A stretch of DNA of 32,000 nt from Mycoplasmoides genitalium G37 (GCF_000027325.1 NC_000908.2:120001-152000); one strand, 5' to 3'. Positions 1 to 11,148 are shown, numbered from the stretch's first letter. Notes: a model not told the origin generated them from the letters alone. Numbers and translations are program-made.

Positions 1-1
1 A

Positions 2-187
2 TTTATCCATAGAACTAATGATGATAAAAAAGAACAGGAAGAGGAGAACACAAACTTGTTTGAAGTGGAGCTTATCTTAGAAAAGAACAGAAATGGTCCC
101 AATGGCAAAGTTAAACTAAACTTTCGCAGTGACACTTCTTCTTTTATTAGTCAATATTCCCCTAGTTTTGATGACCAATACAGTTAA
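2..187 (+). CDS. dnaB: Replicative DNA helicase DnaB, C-terminal end (5' truncated by window edge)
   Basis: Open frame from base 2 encodes FIHRTNDDKKEQEEENTNLFEVELILEKNRNGPNGKVKLNFRSDTSSFISQYSPSFDDQYS*. The EVELI..KNRNGP.G.VKLNF motif is typical of the DnaB C-terminus. Confidence 0.85.
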   Translation, partial: FIHRTNDDKKEQEEENTNLFEVELILEKNRNGPNGKVKLNFRSDTSSFISQYSPSFDDQYS

Positions 188-190
188 TTT

Positions 191-1387
191 ATGAAACTGA
201 AGTTTTACAAACTACCTTTAATTACTACAGCATTTAGTTTTGTATTTTTAACTGCTTGTTCAACACCCCAATCTTCCTTTTTTCTCCCTGCACAAACAAC
301 TATTAGTACTTTAAAAATTAATGGTATGGAAAACAAAACAGGTTATTTTCTTGAAACGCAGCGTTCTCGTGGTAGTTACAATCCCACCGCTTCACTTACT
401 ATGATTAAGTTAGGAGATGAAAAAGAGTTTAAAAACGTAGATACAACCAAGCAAGATGAAGTTTTGTTTGCCAACATTTATGGTGGAATCTCTTCATTGC
501 TTAACTTCAGAATTATCCAACCGATGTTAACCTACTGAAACTTAGTTAACAACTCATTAAGTCAGATTGGTAGTACTAATGACTTAATTACATTCAAAGA
601 TAGTGGATATAAAGATCAACTTGCAAAAGCGCTTGCTAACAATCTCATAGTTGCTGATGAAGGTAATAATAACTTTTGGTTTGGTTTAAAAGCCCTAAAG
701 TTTGATACGGTTAAACTCCAAGCTAATAATACTGCTACTAGTTCAACAAGAGCTTCAACTACTCAAAATACTAATAATAAGATTGATGCACGTGAAAAAA
801 TCACCATTAATGGGAATGGTGGAACAAATAATGATCAAAATGCTACTGTTCAAAAGTTGATAGGTATTGAAAATATTGAAGTTGAGTTTAGCTTTGTTAA
901 AACTGGTTTTAATGGAAATGAGATTAAGTTTGAAGATTATGTAACAGATTCTTCCCCCACAACATCTTTATTAAAGCAAGTTTGAAAAAGTAAGTGAAAT
1001 ACCGAGTTGACCCACACCAGCTTTAAATTCAAACTCAATTCTTTCAATGTTTTGTTAACTTATCAATTGGAAGCAAACCAAAAAAGCCAATATCTTCCCA
1101 ATGGCTTTAGCTTTCTTTTTCCATCTAATTTAGAAGGAAAGATAGATAGTTCAAAAAGCTATTGAAACAATCTTGTTGATTTTTCAAAAAGAACCACAAA
1201 TGAAGAGAACACAATGCTACTAACTGATTTGCAAAAGAAACAAGATCAAGTGAATCGGTTTGTTGGTTTTATTGGTCAAAACCACTTTACTTTAAGTGCT
1301 AACAGCATTAATGAAAAGCAGTTTAACGATGCTAGTACTGCTGATTTTTTTAAAGCAATCTTTCAAAAAGTGAGTATCAATGAATAA
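191..1387 (+). CDS. Mycoplasma lipoprotein (predicted signal peptide and lipobox)
   Basis: ATG at 191; N-terminus MKLKFYKLPLITTAFSFVFLTAC|STPQ has a lipobox-like TAC. Frame read codon by codon to TAA 1385-1387 with TGA (536-538 and four later in-frame positions) as Trp; 398 aa. Confidence 0.85.
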
Positions 1388-1570
1388 CAATTTTAGCCAT
1401 TCAGTTTTGAAAAGAAAAGTTTAAATTAATGGTAAAATTATTCATTAAACTTTCCTTGTTAGTTGTAGTTTTCAATACTGTTTGTATTTCGAAGTTCATT
1501 TTAAAAAATTCGTAGTTCTAGATCTTTAAAATATGTTTATTTAATTGTCTTTTTTAATTTCATAAATTGT

Positions 1571-3523
1571 TTGAAAACACAAAAAAATATCTTTAAGGTC
1601 AAGGCCTTACTACTTTCACTTTTTTCTGCTGCTGTTACCATCACTATTTTTGCTTTACCTATCTTTGCAAACAATGGTTCTAAAACTGATTTAGGTTTGC
1701 TTTCTAAAAATAGTGCTGATTTTTTAGGTAGTTCAAAAAGAAGTCTTGCTGGCTTTGATACTCCTTTTAGTCCAGATAACCTCCAGTATTTAGAAAAAGA
1801 AACTGATTATGATCAGAACTTTAAAAGTTTTACTGAAAAGTTTAAAGATGAAAAAATAACTAACAACCAACTTGGTATTGTTGATATCTATAACTTATTC
1901 AGTGGTTTTCACAAGAGTGTCAAAAGCACAGTTGACTTAATGAACCAACTGCAAAAGCAAGTTGAAGCTGCTAATGCTATCTTCCCAGTTGATGATGCTT
2001 TTGTTAAATTACCTAAAGTACCTACTGAATTATTTAAGTTAGTTGATGATAATGTCTTTCCTAAGTTAAATCCTAAGGGCTTAAATATCTCTGATAATAT
2101 TGCTGCACTTTTTGAAAGATATAACCTTAAATCGATTGAACTTAAGAACTTTGACTTAGCTTTCTTGAGAAAAGCTGATGTAATTATCAAAGACAAGGTT
2201 CGATATAACTTTGAGATGCAAATGCAGTTTCAAACTGTTTATGTTGGTGGAGGGAATACCGTTATTAACTTAGACTTTACTTTAAAAGCCCAAACCGTTA
2301 ACTTTGCTAACCTCCAAGATTTACAAAACACTTTTGTTAAAGTTGGTAATGATCTTTCCACCCAACTCTTTTGGATTCCAACTGTTAATAAATTAACTGA
2401 TAATGCAGGTAATGATCTTACCCATATTGCTAAAACTGTGATTGGTGAATCGTTTTTCCAAACCAATGTTAACTTAGCTAAATCAGTTATTGAATATGAT
2501 AAGGTTCAACCATTGGTTAAACAAGCTTTTGAAGAGCGAGTTTTAACTCCTTTCAAAAAGGAAAGAGAAGCTGCTAAAAAAGCTTATGAAGAAGAACAAC
2601 GTCGCTTGGAAGAGGAACGTAAGCGTCAACTAGAAGAGCTAAGGAGAAGAGAAGCTGAGGAGAAAAGAAAAGCTGAAGAAGCAAAACGAAATCAAGAAAA
2701 AGCACGCAGAGAAAGAGAAGCTTATGAAAAATCATTTAACTCCTTTAAAGACTTTAAATTTTACTGGTTAACTAAAGGTAAAGATGTTACTAAAAAAGCT
2801 GATTTAATTGATGCACTTAAAACCGCTATTGCTACACCAGCATACAGAAATAGAACATTCTCTTTATTAATCAAAGGTTTTGCTAGTGGAGTTGAACGTT
2901 ATTTCAACGCTAACAAGAATGATAAAGAGTTGAAAAAACTTGCATTTGGTGAAAAAGGGATCCAATTCCCTAGAGCAGATGCTGGGGTAAATGGTCTTTA
3001 CATGAGTAATTTTTTGAGGCATGAATTGACAAGCAAAGCAAAATTTTCACTTAACCTAAAAGATATAAAAGTTGAAAATACGGTTGAAGATACTCAATTG
3101 TATTGGAAGGATAATGGCATTCATTTAAAGCAAGCCAATCCTTATAAATTCAATCTAAATATCAAGATCAAGTACAACGGCTGGTATAATGTCCACTGGT
3201 GAAACTGGCTCCCTGCTAAAATTTTAGGGATTCCTACAGACTGAAGTGGTGAGATGAATTTAACATTTGTTGTCAACGGTGACCTATCAGAAATTGTTGA
3301 TAAACATGATTACCCTGGTACTTTCTTTCAATTTACCGATAAAAATGAATTGCTATTTACCTTAGCAGTTAGAGAACAAATTAAGGTTGATAATAATCAT
3401 TTTATGGGTCTGTTAAAAAGCCAAAACCTTCATAATCTTCAGCTTGCTTCTGGTGCTACAAAACCTCCTGTTGTTGATTTAGCTAGTTATTTCCACTTTG
3501 TATTATTGACTGAAAAATCTTAA
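1571..3523 (+). CDS. Large putative secreted/surface protein with signal-like N-terminus and internal charged coiled coil
   Basis: The track ORFs at 1571..3202 and 3254..3523 are in the same frame and joined by TGA(Trp) codons (NVHW-W-NWLPAKILGIPTDWSGEMNLTF...). TTG start. 650 aa. Coiled coil KKEREAAKKAYEEEQRRLEEERKRQLEELRRREAEEKRKAEEAKRNQEKARREREAYEKS. Confidence 0.8.
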
Positions 3524-3585
3524 TCTATTAAGAAATTTTTGATCAGTTACTTTTACCTAGATAAATTTAAAGTTTATTTGTGGTA

Positions 3586-4317
3586 ATGGATGATCTATTC
3601 CAAAGAATGGTTAGCTGTGTTCTACCGTCATGAAGAGCTTTTATTGATGAGGAAGTTAAAAAACCTTATTTTCAAGCTTTATTAGAAAAATTAAAGGCTT
3701 TAAAAGCAACAATAATTCCAAAACCAGAACTTATTTTCCGTGTTTTTAGCTTCTTTAAGCCAATTGATACAAAGGTAATTATCTTTGGTCAAGATCCCTA
3801 TCCTAGTCCTAATGATGCTTGTGGACTTGCTTTTGCATCCAATAATTCCAAAACCCCTGCCAGCTTAAAAAGAATAATTTTACGTTTAGAAAAAGAATAT
3901 CCTTCGCTTAAACAAGAAAGTAGTTGACAACAAAACTTCCTATTGAATTGAGCAGAACAGGGCGTTTTATTACTAAATGGAATTTTAACAACTACTGTAT
4001 TTATACGCAACGCCCATAAAAATTGGGGTTGGGAGGAGTTTAACTGTAATTTGCTAACTTTTCTAAAAAATCAAAACATTAAACCGCTGTTGGTATTTCT
4101 GGGTGTTCAAACTAAAAACTTTGTTGTTAAGAGTATTGGTAATGTTGATGGATTTGAGCATTTATCATATCCCCATCCCTCACCACTAAGTGGTAATTTG
4201 TTTCTAACAAACCCTAACGATCTGTTTAAAACAATTAACAATTGGTTGAAACAACATAACCAAAAAATAATTAACTGAGCAGTTGTTAAAAATGCTAGTT
4301 TTGACCAATTAAGTTAA
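3586..4317 (+). CDS. ung: Uracil-DNA glycosylase
   Basis: Table-4 reading MDDLFQRMVSCVLPSWRAFIDEE...; family 1 UDG motifs GQDPYP, LLLNGILT and HPSPLSG. Spans several TGA(Trp) codons; TAA at 4315-4317. Confidence 0.93.
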
Positions 4318-4416
4318 TTAAAAACAAAGCTGTAGTTGACACTTGTTTATTGATTAGAAAAACAACAACCTTGTAAAATTATTTAACTAAGTGATTATTA
4401 CTTAATTGCACTTTAG

Positions 4417-5850
4417 ATGGGAGAGATTAAAAATACTGCACCAACAAGCGATATTTCCACTTCAGGATTTATCTATTTTGCAGTTGTTTTTCTAATCATT
4501 ATAGTCTATCTTTTTTTTAAAAACATTCTCTTTTTGTTCTTCTTTAAAAGATATCCTAAAAACACACCTAAAATTGGGGTTAGCAATATTACTACTATTG
4601 CTATGATTATTGCTGTTGCTGTATCTGTTGTTTTGGTCTTAATGGCTTTAGCAGGGGGGTTAACAGCAGCGCTGTTCCGTGGTTATCCTGGGTTCCGTGT
4701 TACCTTAGAGTTAATTCTAGTGAAGATTTCAGGACTTTTATTTGGTCCTATAATTGGTATTTTTTCAGCAGCTACCATTGACTTTTTAACTGTTATTTTT
4801 TCAGGTGGGGTGTTTAATATTGGTTATGTTTTAGGAGCAATCCTAACGGGAATGATTGCTGGAATTTTACGTGAAGTTTTAATTTCAACTTCTTTTTTAA
4901 ATAACAAAACTTTAAGTGATTTTGCCTATCTTGTTTTATCAGTGGGGATGGTATTTGCCAGTTTTTTAGTAACCCAGTTTTTTGTTATCTCAGTTACCCA
5001 AAACTTATCAGCATTTCAAAGTAATGATCAAATTGTTTTACGTTTTAACGCCTCACCTTTAAATTTCAGTATCTCATTGCAAAGATATGTTCAAATTATT
5101 TTCTATTTTGCGATGGTTGTAATCATCACAATGGTAGTACTTTACTTTGTTTGAATAATCAAGCAAAAGCACTTTAACTATGCTTATTCCAAGTTTTTCT
5201 TTCGTAGATATAAACATGCTAATCACCAATTTACCTTATTTGTGTTAACAAAAGAAAACTGGTTTTATCTAATTCTGAATGTAATTACATTAGCAACCAC
5301 CAGTTTGCTAATGATTAACATTGCATTTATTCCTATCTTTGATACCCAAACAACTGGACAAACTTATGATTTTTGATTATTAGTTAGATTATTGTTTGCT
5401 CCTTTGATCTTCTTACTTGATATTATTGTTATCTATCCAATCTTGTTATTGTTAACCCCAATCATGTTAAAAGGGTTTAAAACAGTAGCATCAGAAACCC
5501 AAACAAAAGGAATCAAAAAGAGTTTTTCAGATATGCAAAGCTTAATTATGCCCAATGTTATTAGTCACAAAAAACAGCAGTTAATTAGAAAAGAGATGCA
5601 ACAGTTAGCAAAAACAATCAGAATTGATTTATCAGACAAAGAAGTGGATGCACTTGTTGAAGAGTTTAAAGAGATCACAAAGAGTTTTAATAAGGTAACT
5701 AAAATTGATACCACTAATGTTCAACCGATGTACGCTCCATTTGAATTTAGTCCAACCCCACTAAGAAAAGATAAACCAGTAGTTGATAAACACGCTAAGC
5801 AACTACTTAATAACTGTTGTGAAGTTAAAACAGGTTTTGTAAAGGTATAG
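4417..5850 (+). CDS. gatC: Fusion protein: N-terminal multi-pass membrane domain (ECF S-component-like) plus C-terminal GatC domain (Asp/Glu-tRNA amidotransferase subunit C)
   Basis: One continuous table-4 frame (4417..5154 and 5392..5850 same frame, no TAA/TAG between); 477 aa. C-terminus [51 protein letters not shown]...LRKDKPV is GatC-like, and gatA/gatB follow immediately. Confidence 0.88.
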
Positions 5851-5852
5851 TT

Positions 5853-7286
5853 GTGCGATCAAATATTTTAAGTCTCAGGGCGATACTTGATAAAAAACCT
5901 AGTGCCATTAACGATGTTTTAACATCAATTAATGCAAAGATAGAACTGAATAAATCAAGTAATTTTTTATTGAAAAATACTGTTGAAATTTATTCAAAAA
6001 AAATTAATAAAAGTGATGAAAAGATTCTGCTAAATAACATCCCTTATGTTTTGAAAGATAACATCGCTACTAAAGATATTGTCACCACTGGTGGTTCTTT
6101 GTTTTTAAAAAACTATCTTCCCCCTTTTTCAGCAACTGTGTTTGAACTGTTAGAAATGAATGGCGCGTTGCTTGTTGGTAAAGCTAATATGGATGAATTT
6201 GGCTTAGGTGGAACAGGTAGTTATTCTGCTTTTGGTGTTGTTCATCACCCTGAAAATTCCAGTTTAATTGCAGGTGGTTCTTCCTCAGGTTCAGCTTACG
6301 CAGTTGCTAAAGACATTGTTCCTTTTTCCATTGCAACTGACACTGGTGATTCGATTAGAAGACCTGCTAGTATCTGTAATGTTGTTGGCTTTAAACCAAC
6401 TTATGGTTTGATATCACGTAATGGGGTATTTCCATATGCCCCAAGTATGGACCATGTGGGGATATTTGCTAAGTTTGTTAGTGATATTGCCATTGTTAGT
6501 GATGTTGTTATTAAACATGATAAAACTGATTTTTCTTCCCAAAAATCACCTGATGAAAACCAGTTTTTCAATGAGTTGGCCATTCCCTTTACAAGATCAA
6601 TTCGCTTCGGTTATTTAAAACCACTAGAAAAACTGTTTAACAAACACCTCCAAAAAAAATGAAATAATCTCAAAAAAACCTTAGAACAAAAAAACTACCA
6701 GTTGATTCCACTTGATTTTGATGTGGAACTTCTCAAAGTAATTGATTCTATTTACAAAATAATTAGTTATAGCGAAGCAGTTAGTTGTTATAGTAATTTA
6801 ACTGGCATTGTCTTTGGTCAAAAGGTGTTTGAACCTAATTCACCAAGTAATTTTGATCAAACTATTACCAGAAACAGAGATCAGTTTTTAGGTAAACAAC
6901 TAAAAAGAAGATTTGTAATAGGGGCATTTGCAACTGATGAGAAGAATTTTGAAAAGTACTTTGAAAAAGCTCAGAAAATAAGAAGAGTCTTAGTGGATAA
7001 CTTTCTGAATCTCTTTAGTGATGTTGATTTTGTATTATCACCAAGCGCTTCTTGTTTTGCTAGTACCATTGAAGATATTCAAGCTAATAAGCCATATACA
7101 AACATTATTGATGACTTTTTACAATTAGCTAATTTTGCTGGTAGCCCTTCTATAACTATCCCTTGGTTAGTTCAAACAAAAGACCAAACAATTGGTTTAA
7201 GTATTAGTGCTAACTGTTTTGAAGATAAAAAACTCTTACAAATTGCTTATTGATTTGAACAACTTTTTGATTTAAACCATGATTAA
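5853..7286 (+). CDS. gatA: Aspartyl/glutamyl-tRNA amidotransferase subunit A
   Basis: GTG start at 5853; amidase signature AGGSSSGSAYAVAKDIVPFSIATDTGDSIRRPASICNVVGFKPTYG. TGA(Trp) at 6660 and 7251; TAA 7284-7286 overlaps the gatB start. Confidence 0.93.
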
Positions 7287-8712
7287 TTTTGAAGCGATTA
7301 TTGGAATTGAAGTCCATGTAGTTTTAAATACTGCTAGCAAGATGTTTTCAAAAGCACCTAACCGCGTTGATAATCAAAAAATCAATCATTTTATTGACCC
7401 AATAGATTTAGGTTTACCAGGCACTTTGCCTCAAGTTAATGAGTTAGCAGTTTACAAGGCATTATTATTAGCTGATGCATTAAAAATGAAGACAGTAACA
7501 AATAAACTTGTTTTTGATCGAAAGCACTATTTTTATCAGGACTTACCTAAGGGTTTTCAAATCACCCAACAAAATTATCCTTTTGCTAAAAATGGTGTAG
7601 TTACCATTAATGTTGATGCTATTGAAAAACCAATTTATATTGACCGGTTTCATTTGGAGGAAGATACTGCCAAACAACACTTTAACCATGACCAAATTCT
7701 GCTTGATTTTAATAGGTGTGGTGCACCTTTAATTGAAGTTGTTACTCTTCCTGTTATCAACACTGCAAAAGAAGCGAAAGCCTACCTACAGAAGTTGAGA
7801 CAAATTCTGATTGTTAACAATATCTCCAATGCCAAATTGGAAGATGGTTCAATGCGGAGCGATTGCAATGTTTCAGTACGTTTAAAAGGTCAAAGGCAAC
7901 TAGGAACTAAAATTGAAATTAAAAACATCAACTCACTTAATAATGTTGAAAAAGCGATTGATCTTGAGATTAACCGCCAAGTTAAAGCACTTATTAATGG
8001 TGAAACCTTGAGTCAAGCAACTTTAAGCTTTGATGATAAAACCAACAACAATGTTTTTATGAGAAAAAAAGACAATACGATTGACTATAGGTACTTTATT
8101 GAACCTAACATCATGACTAGTAATATTGATGATTTATTATTAGAAAAACCTGTTGCTTTTCAGTTAGAACAGTTTCAAAAAGAACTAATTGATAGTAATG
8201 TCAATCCTCAATTAGTCCAATTAGTAGTTGATGATGCAACTATCTTTAGTGCTTTTCAAACTATTAATAGTGTGATTAAAAACCCCCAAGAAACCATCAG
8301 GTGGTTATGTATTGAACTAATAGGTCAACTCAATAAAACCAACAGTTCATTAACAGCTAATTTAATTCAAGATCTAATTACCCTAATTGAAATGCTAAAA
8401 GCAGCAAAGGTTAACCAAAAACAAGCTAAGCAGTTAATTACTTTAATGATTGAAACTAAAAAAGATCCAAAATCGCTAGCTAAGCTCCATAATTTAGAGC
8501 AAATTACTGATCCAAAAGAGTTACAAAAGATCATTAAAAAAATCTTTCAGGAAAATGAAAAAGAGATCCTGAAAAACATTGATAGAATTGAACGGATTCA
8601 AAAGTTAATTATTGGTCAAGTTATGCATAAGACCAATAATCGAGCAAACCCCCAACAAGTTTTTATAATTGTTGAAAATATGCTTCATGAAGTTCGGGAA
8701 AGAGATAGCTAA
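7279..8712 (+). CDS. gatB: Aspartyl/glutamyl-tRNA amidotransferase subunit B
   Basis: Intact 477-aa ORF: MINFEAIIGIEVHVVLNTASKMFSKAPN...GLPGTLPQVNE...YFYQDLPKGFQITQ, canonical GatB. Confidence 0.97.
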   Translation: MINFEAIIGIEVHVVLNTASKMFSKAPNRVDNQKINHFIDPIDLGLPGTLPQVNELAVYKALLLADALKMKTVTNKLVFDRKHYFYQDLPKGFQITQQNYPFAKNGVVTINVDAIEKPIYIDRFHLEEDTAKQHFNHDQILLDFNRCGAPLIEVVTLPVINTAKEAKAYLQKLRQILIVNNISNAKLEDGSMRSDCNVSVRLKGQRQLGTKIEIKNINSLNNVEKAIDLEINRQVKALINGETLSQATLSFDDKTNNNVFMRKKDNTIDYRYFIEPNIMTSNIDDLLLEKPVAFQLEQFQKELIDSNVNPQLVQLVVDDATIFSAFQTINSVIKNPQETIRWLCIELIGQLNKTNSSLTANLIQDLITLIEMLKAAKVNQKQAKQLITLMIETKKDPKSLAKLHNLEQITDPKELQKIIKKIFQENEKEILKNIDRIERIQKLIIGQVMHKTNNRANPQQVFIIVENMLHEVRERDS

Positions 8713-9355
8713 AAAAAATCAAATTATTTATCGCTATATAATCCTTAAAATTCAAAGCTTTGAATGACCTGCTAACACCCGTATCTTCTCAGAACGCCAA
8801 CTAGAAATCCGTTTCAACTCCTCACGGAGTCAAATTCGCTCTGTTCTCGCTACGCTTTTAAACAAAAATATAATCCGCTACACTAAAAATACCCCTGGTT
8901 ATTTTGTGTGTAAAGATGTAGGCTTTAGTTTTTTTCATAAAACCCAGGATAATCTGAAGGTGAAATATGCTAAACTTTCAACTTTGATTAAAAAGCTGTT
9001 ATCACAGGATGATGCTAGTGTTTTTGCCAATATTGACAGTACTGTGCACCTTGATAAATTTAAGGGAATTGAAGCTAAGTTTTTTGATGAGAATAAAAAA
9101 CACTTTTTAAACGTTTGTTTTTTTGCTAAAGATGATATTTTAAACATCCTTGATGAAAACAACCTCCAGCAACAGTTCTTCAGGGAGTTTGCTTACAATG
9201 GGATTGCTATTGAAAAACGTCATTGTGTTACCTCTGTTGACAAGGAAAGTGGGTGCTTGGTGATGTATGACATGTATTATGATGACAATGATAATTTTGT
9301 AGTTGCTAGCAAAAGTAACTTCCTTAACCCTGAATTGAAAGTAATCAATGCTTAA
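8687..9355 (+). CDS. GntR-family transcriptional regulator (winged HTH plus UTRA-like domain)
   Basis: The track shows only the C-terminal part (8906..9355). With TGA as Trp the frame opens to ATG 8687: MKFGKEIAKKNQIIYRYIILKIQSFEWPANTRIFSERQLEIRFNSSRSQIRSVLATLLNKNIIRYTKNTPGYFVCKD, a GntR-type wHTH. 222 aa; overlaps gatB by 26 nt and trxB by 8 nt. Confidence 0.88.
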
Positions 9356-10295
9356 AGTGAATGCTGATTTTTTAACTAAAGATCAAGTTATCTATGATTT
9401 AGTGATAGTAGGTGCTGGCCCTGCTGGGATTGCTAGTGCCATTTATGGTAAACGTGCTAACTTAAATTTAGCAATTATTGAAGGAAACACTCCAGGAGGG
9501 AAGATAGTAAAAACTAACATTGTGGAAAACTATCCTGGTTTTAAAACCATAACTGGTCCTGAATTAGGTCTTGAGATGTACAACCACTTGTTAGCATTTG
9601 AACCAGTTGTTTTTTATAACAACTTAATCAAAATTGATCATCTTAACGATACATTCATCTTGTATTTAGATAACAAAACGACAGTTTTTAGCAAAACTGT
9701 TATCTATGCAACAGGGATGGAAGAGAGAAAACTTGGCATTGAAAAGGAAGATTATTTTTATGGTAAAGGGATTAGTTATTGTGCTATTTGTGATGCGGCT
9801 CTTTACAAAGGTAAAACAGTTGGTGTTGTAGGAGGAGGTAATTCTGCAATACAGGAAGCAATTTATCTTTCAAGTATTGCTAAAACAGTTCACCTTATTC
9901 ACAGACGTGAAGTGTTTAGAAGTGATGCATTACTAGTTGAAAAATTAAAAAAAATTAGTAATGTAGTTTTTCATTTAAATGCTACTGTAAAACAGTTAAT
10001 AGGTCAAGAAAAGCTCCAAACTGTTAAATTGGCAAGCACAGTTGATAAATCAGAAAGTGAAATTGCAATTGATTGTCTCTTTCCTTACATAGGCTTTGAA
10101 AGTAATAACAAGCCAGTTTTAGATCTTAAGCTTAATTTAGATCAAAATGGTTTTATTTTAGGAGATGAAAATATGCAAACTAACATTAAGGGTTTTTATG
10201 TTGCTGGGGATTGTAGAAGTAAATCATTCCGGCAAATTGCCACTGCAATTAGTGATGGGGTAACAGCTGTTTTAAAGGTTAGGGATGACATTTAG
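9348..10295 (+). CDS. trxB: Thioredoxin reductase
   Basis: Intact ORF with FAD motif GAGPAGIASAIYG, redox motif CAICD, NAD motif GGGNSAIQEA and C-terminal VAGDCR. Confidence 0.96.
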   Translation: MLKVNADFLTKDQVIYDLVIVGAGPAGIASAIYGKRANLNLAIIEGNTPGGKIVKTNIVENYPGFKTITGPELGLEMYNHLLAFEPVVFYNNLIKIDHLNDTFILYLDNKTTVFSKTVIYATGMEERKLGIEKEDYFYGKGISYCAICDAALYKGKTVGVVGGGNSAIQEAIYLSSIAKTVHLIHRREVFRSDALLVEKLKKISNVVFHLNATVKQLIGQEKLQTVKLASTVDKSESEIAIDCLFPYIGFESNNKPVLDLKLNLDQNGFILGDENMQTNIKGFYVAGDCRSKSFRQIATAISDGVTAVLKVRDDI

Positions 10296-11127
10296 TACAC
10301 AGATTAAAGCTGAACTGGTCCAAAACAAATTAATTGATAAACACTGAAATGTCTTTTTAGCAGGTTTTTTTCAAAACAACTTAAAGCTACTTTACAACCG
10401 TAACTGAAGTTTTAAAGTGCAATCTGAAGCATTAAAGGAACAATTTGTTCAAAATCTTAAGTTTGACTTTAAGACAAAAGCTAGTAAGAAATACTTTCTT
10501 TTTGAGTTTAATGCAGATATTAACGTAATTAACACTCTTTTAAAACTTGATGTGACAACTAGTGAATTGGTAGTTAAACAAGTTTATCTCATTGCTGCTT
10601 TTTTAAGTGGAGGTAGTGTTAGTGATTTAATAAACTCCAATAACTTTCACTTGCAAATCAGTTCCAACAATGAGTTTCAAATTCAACAACTTTTAAAATT
10701 GTTTAGTTTTTTTAAAAAAACAGTTAAACAAAACCAGTTAGTTGTTTATCTTAAAAGTTATGAAAAGATCTGTAATTTTTTAAAACTGATTCAAGCCTTT
10801 GATGGTTATCTTGCTTTTGAAAATAAGCAACTAGAGAAAAGTTTTACTTTAAACCAGTTAAGAAAAAGTAATTTGGAAGTTGCTAACTTAATGAAGACAA
10901 TCAGATCTAATAATCAAACTAATCAACTCCAACTAAAATCATTTATTAAAAGTAGTAGTTTTGCAAAAAGACCGCTTAATTTTCAGCGTTATTGCTTAAT
11001 TAAAAGTGATCATCCTGATTGATCTTTAGAACAGATAGCAAACTTTTTTTTCACAAAATATAACATAAAGATTAGCCGCAGTGGAATCCAACATTTTAGT
11101 GTTAATCTAAAAAAACTATGCCAGTAG
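10285..11127 (+). CDS. whiA: WhiA-family DNA-binding protein (sporulation/division regulator homologue)
   Basis: ATG 10285 (MTFSTQIKAELVQNKLIDKHWNVFLAGFFQNNLKLLYNRNWSFKVQ...). TGA(Trp) codons at 10345, 10396 and 11020. C-terminus NIKISRSGIQHFSVNLKKL resembles the WhiA ISKSGvnHRlrK motif. TAG at 11125-11127; 280 aa. Confidence 0.82.
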
Positions 11128-11148
11128 TTTAAAATTAGTTCACAAGCA

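Noticed and set aside
191-538. Apparent truncated 115-aa lipoprotein pseudogene
   Set aside because: The stop is TGA (Trp in this code); the frame continues to TAA 1385-1387.
1388-1570. Non-coding AT-rich gap considered for an RNA gene or repeat
   Set aside because: No tRNA-like or stable stem-loop structure and no repeat of adjacent sequence seen by eye; most likely an ordinary intergenic promoter/terminator region.
1909-2466. Antisense track ORFs (95 aa and 75 aa) inside the large coiled-coil protein gene
   Set aside because: They lie opposite a well-supported CDS, have no recognisable motifs, and chance antisense ORFs are expected. The same applies to other short minus-strand track ORFs (3798-4010, 6401-6583, 8935-9162, 16016-16204, 16821-17021, 20435-20935, 26385-26897, 27234-27995, 29738-29995, 31082-31454).
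4318-4416. Possible promoter (TTGACA-like GTTGACAC near 4334) in the gap before the gatC fusion
   Set aside because: No well-spaced -10 element; mycoplasma promoters rarely need a -35, so it was not called as a feature.
6421-6618. Plus-strand 65-aa ORF inside gatA in another frame
   Set aside because: Fully nested in gatA with no independent motif or start context.
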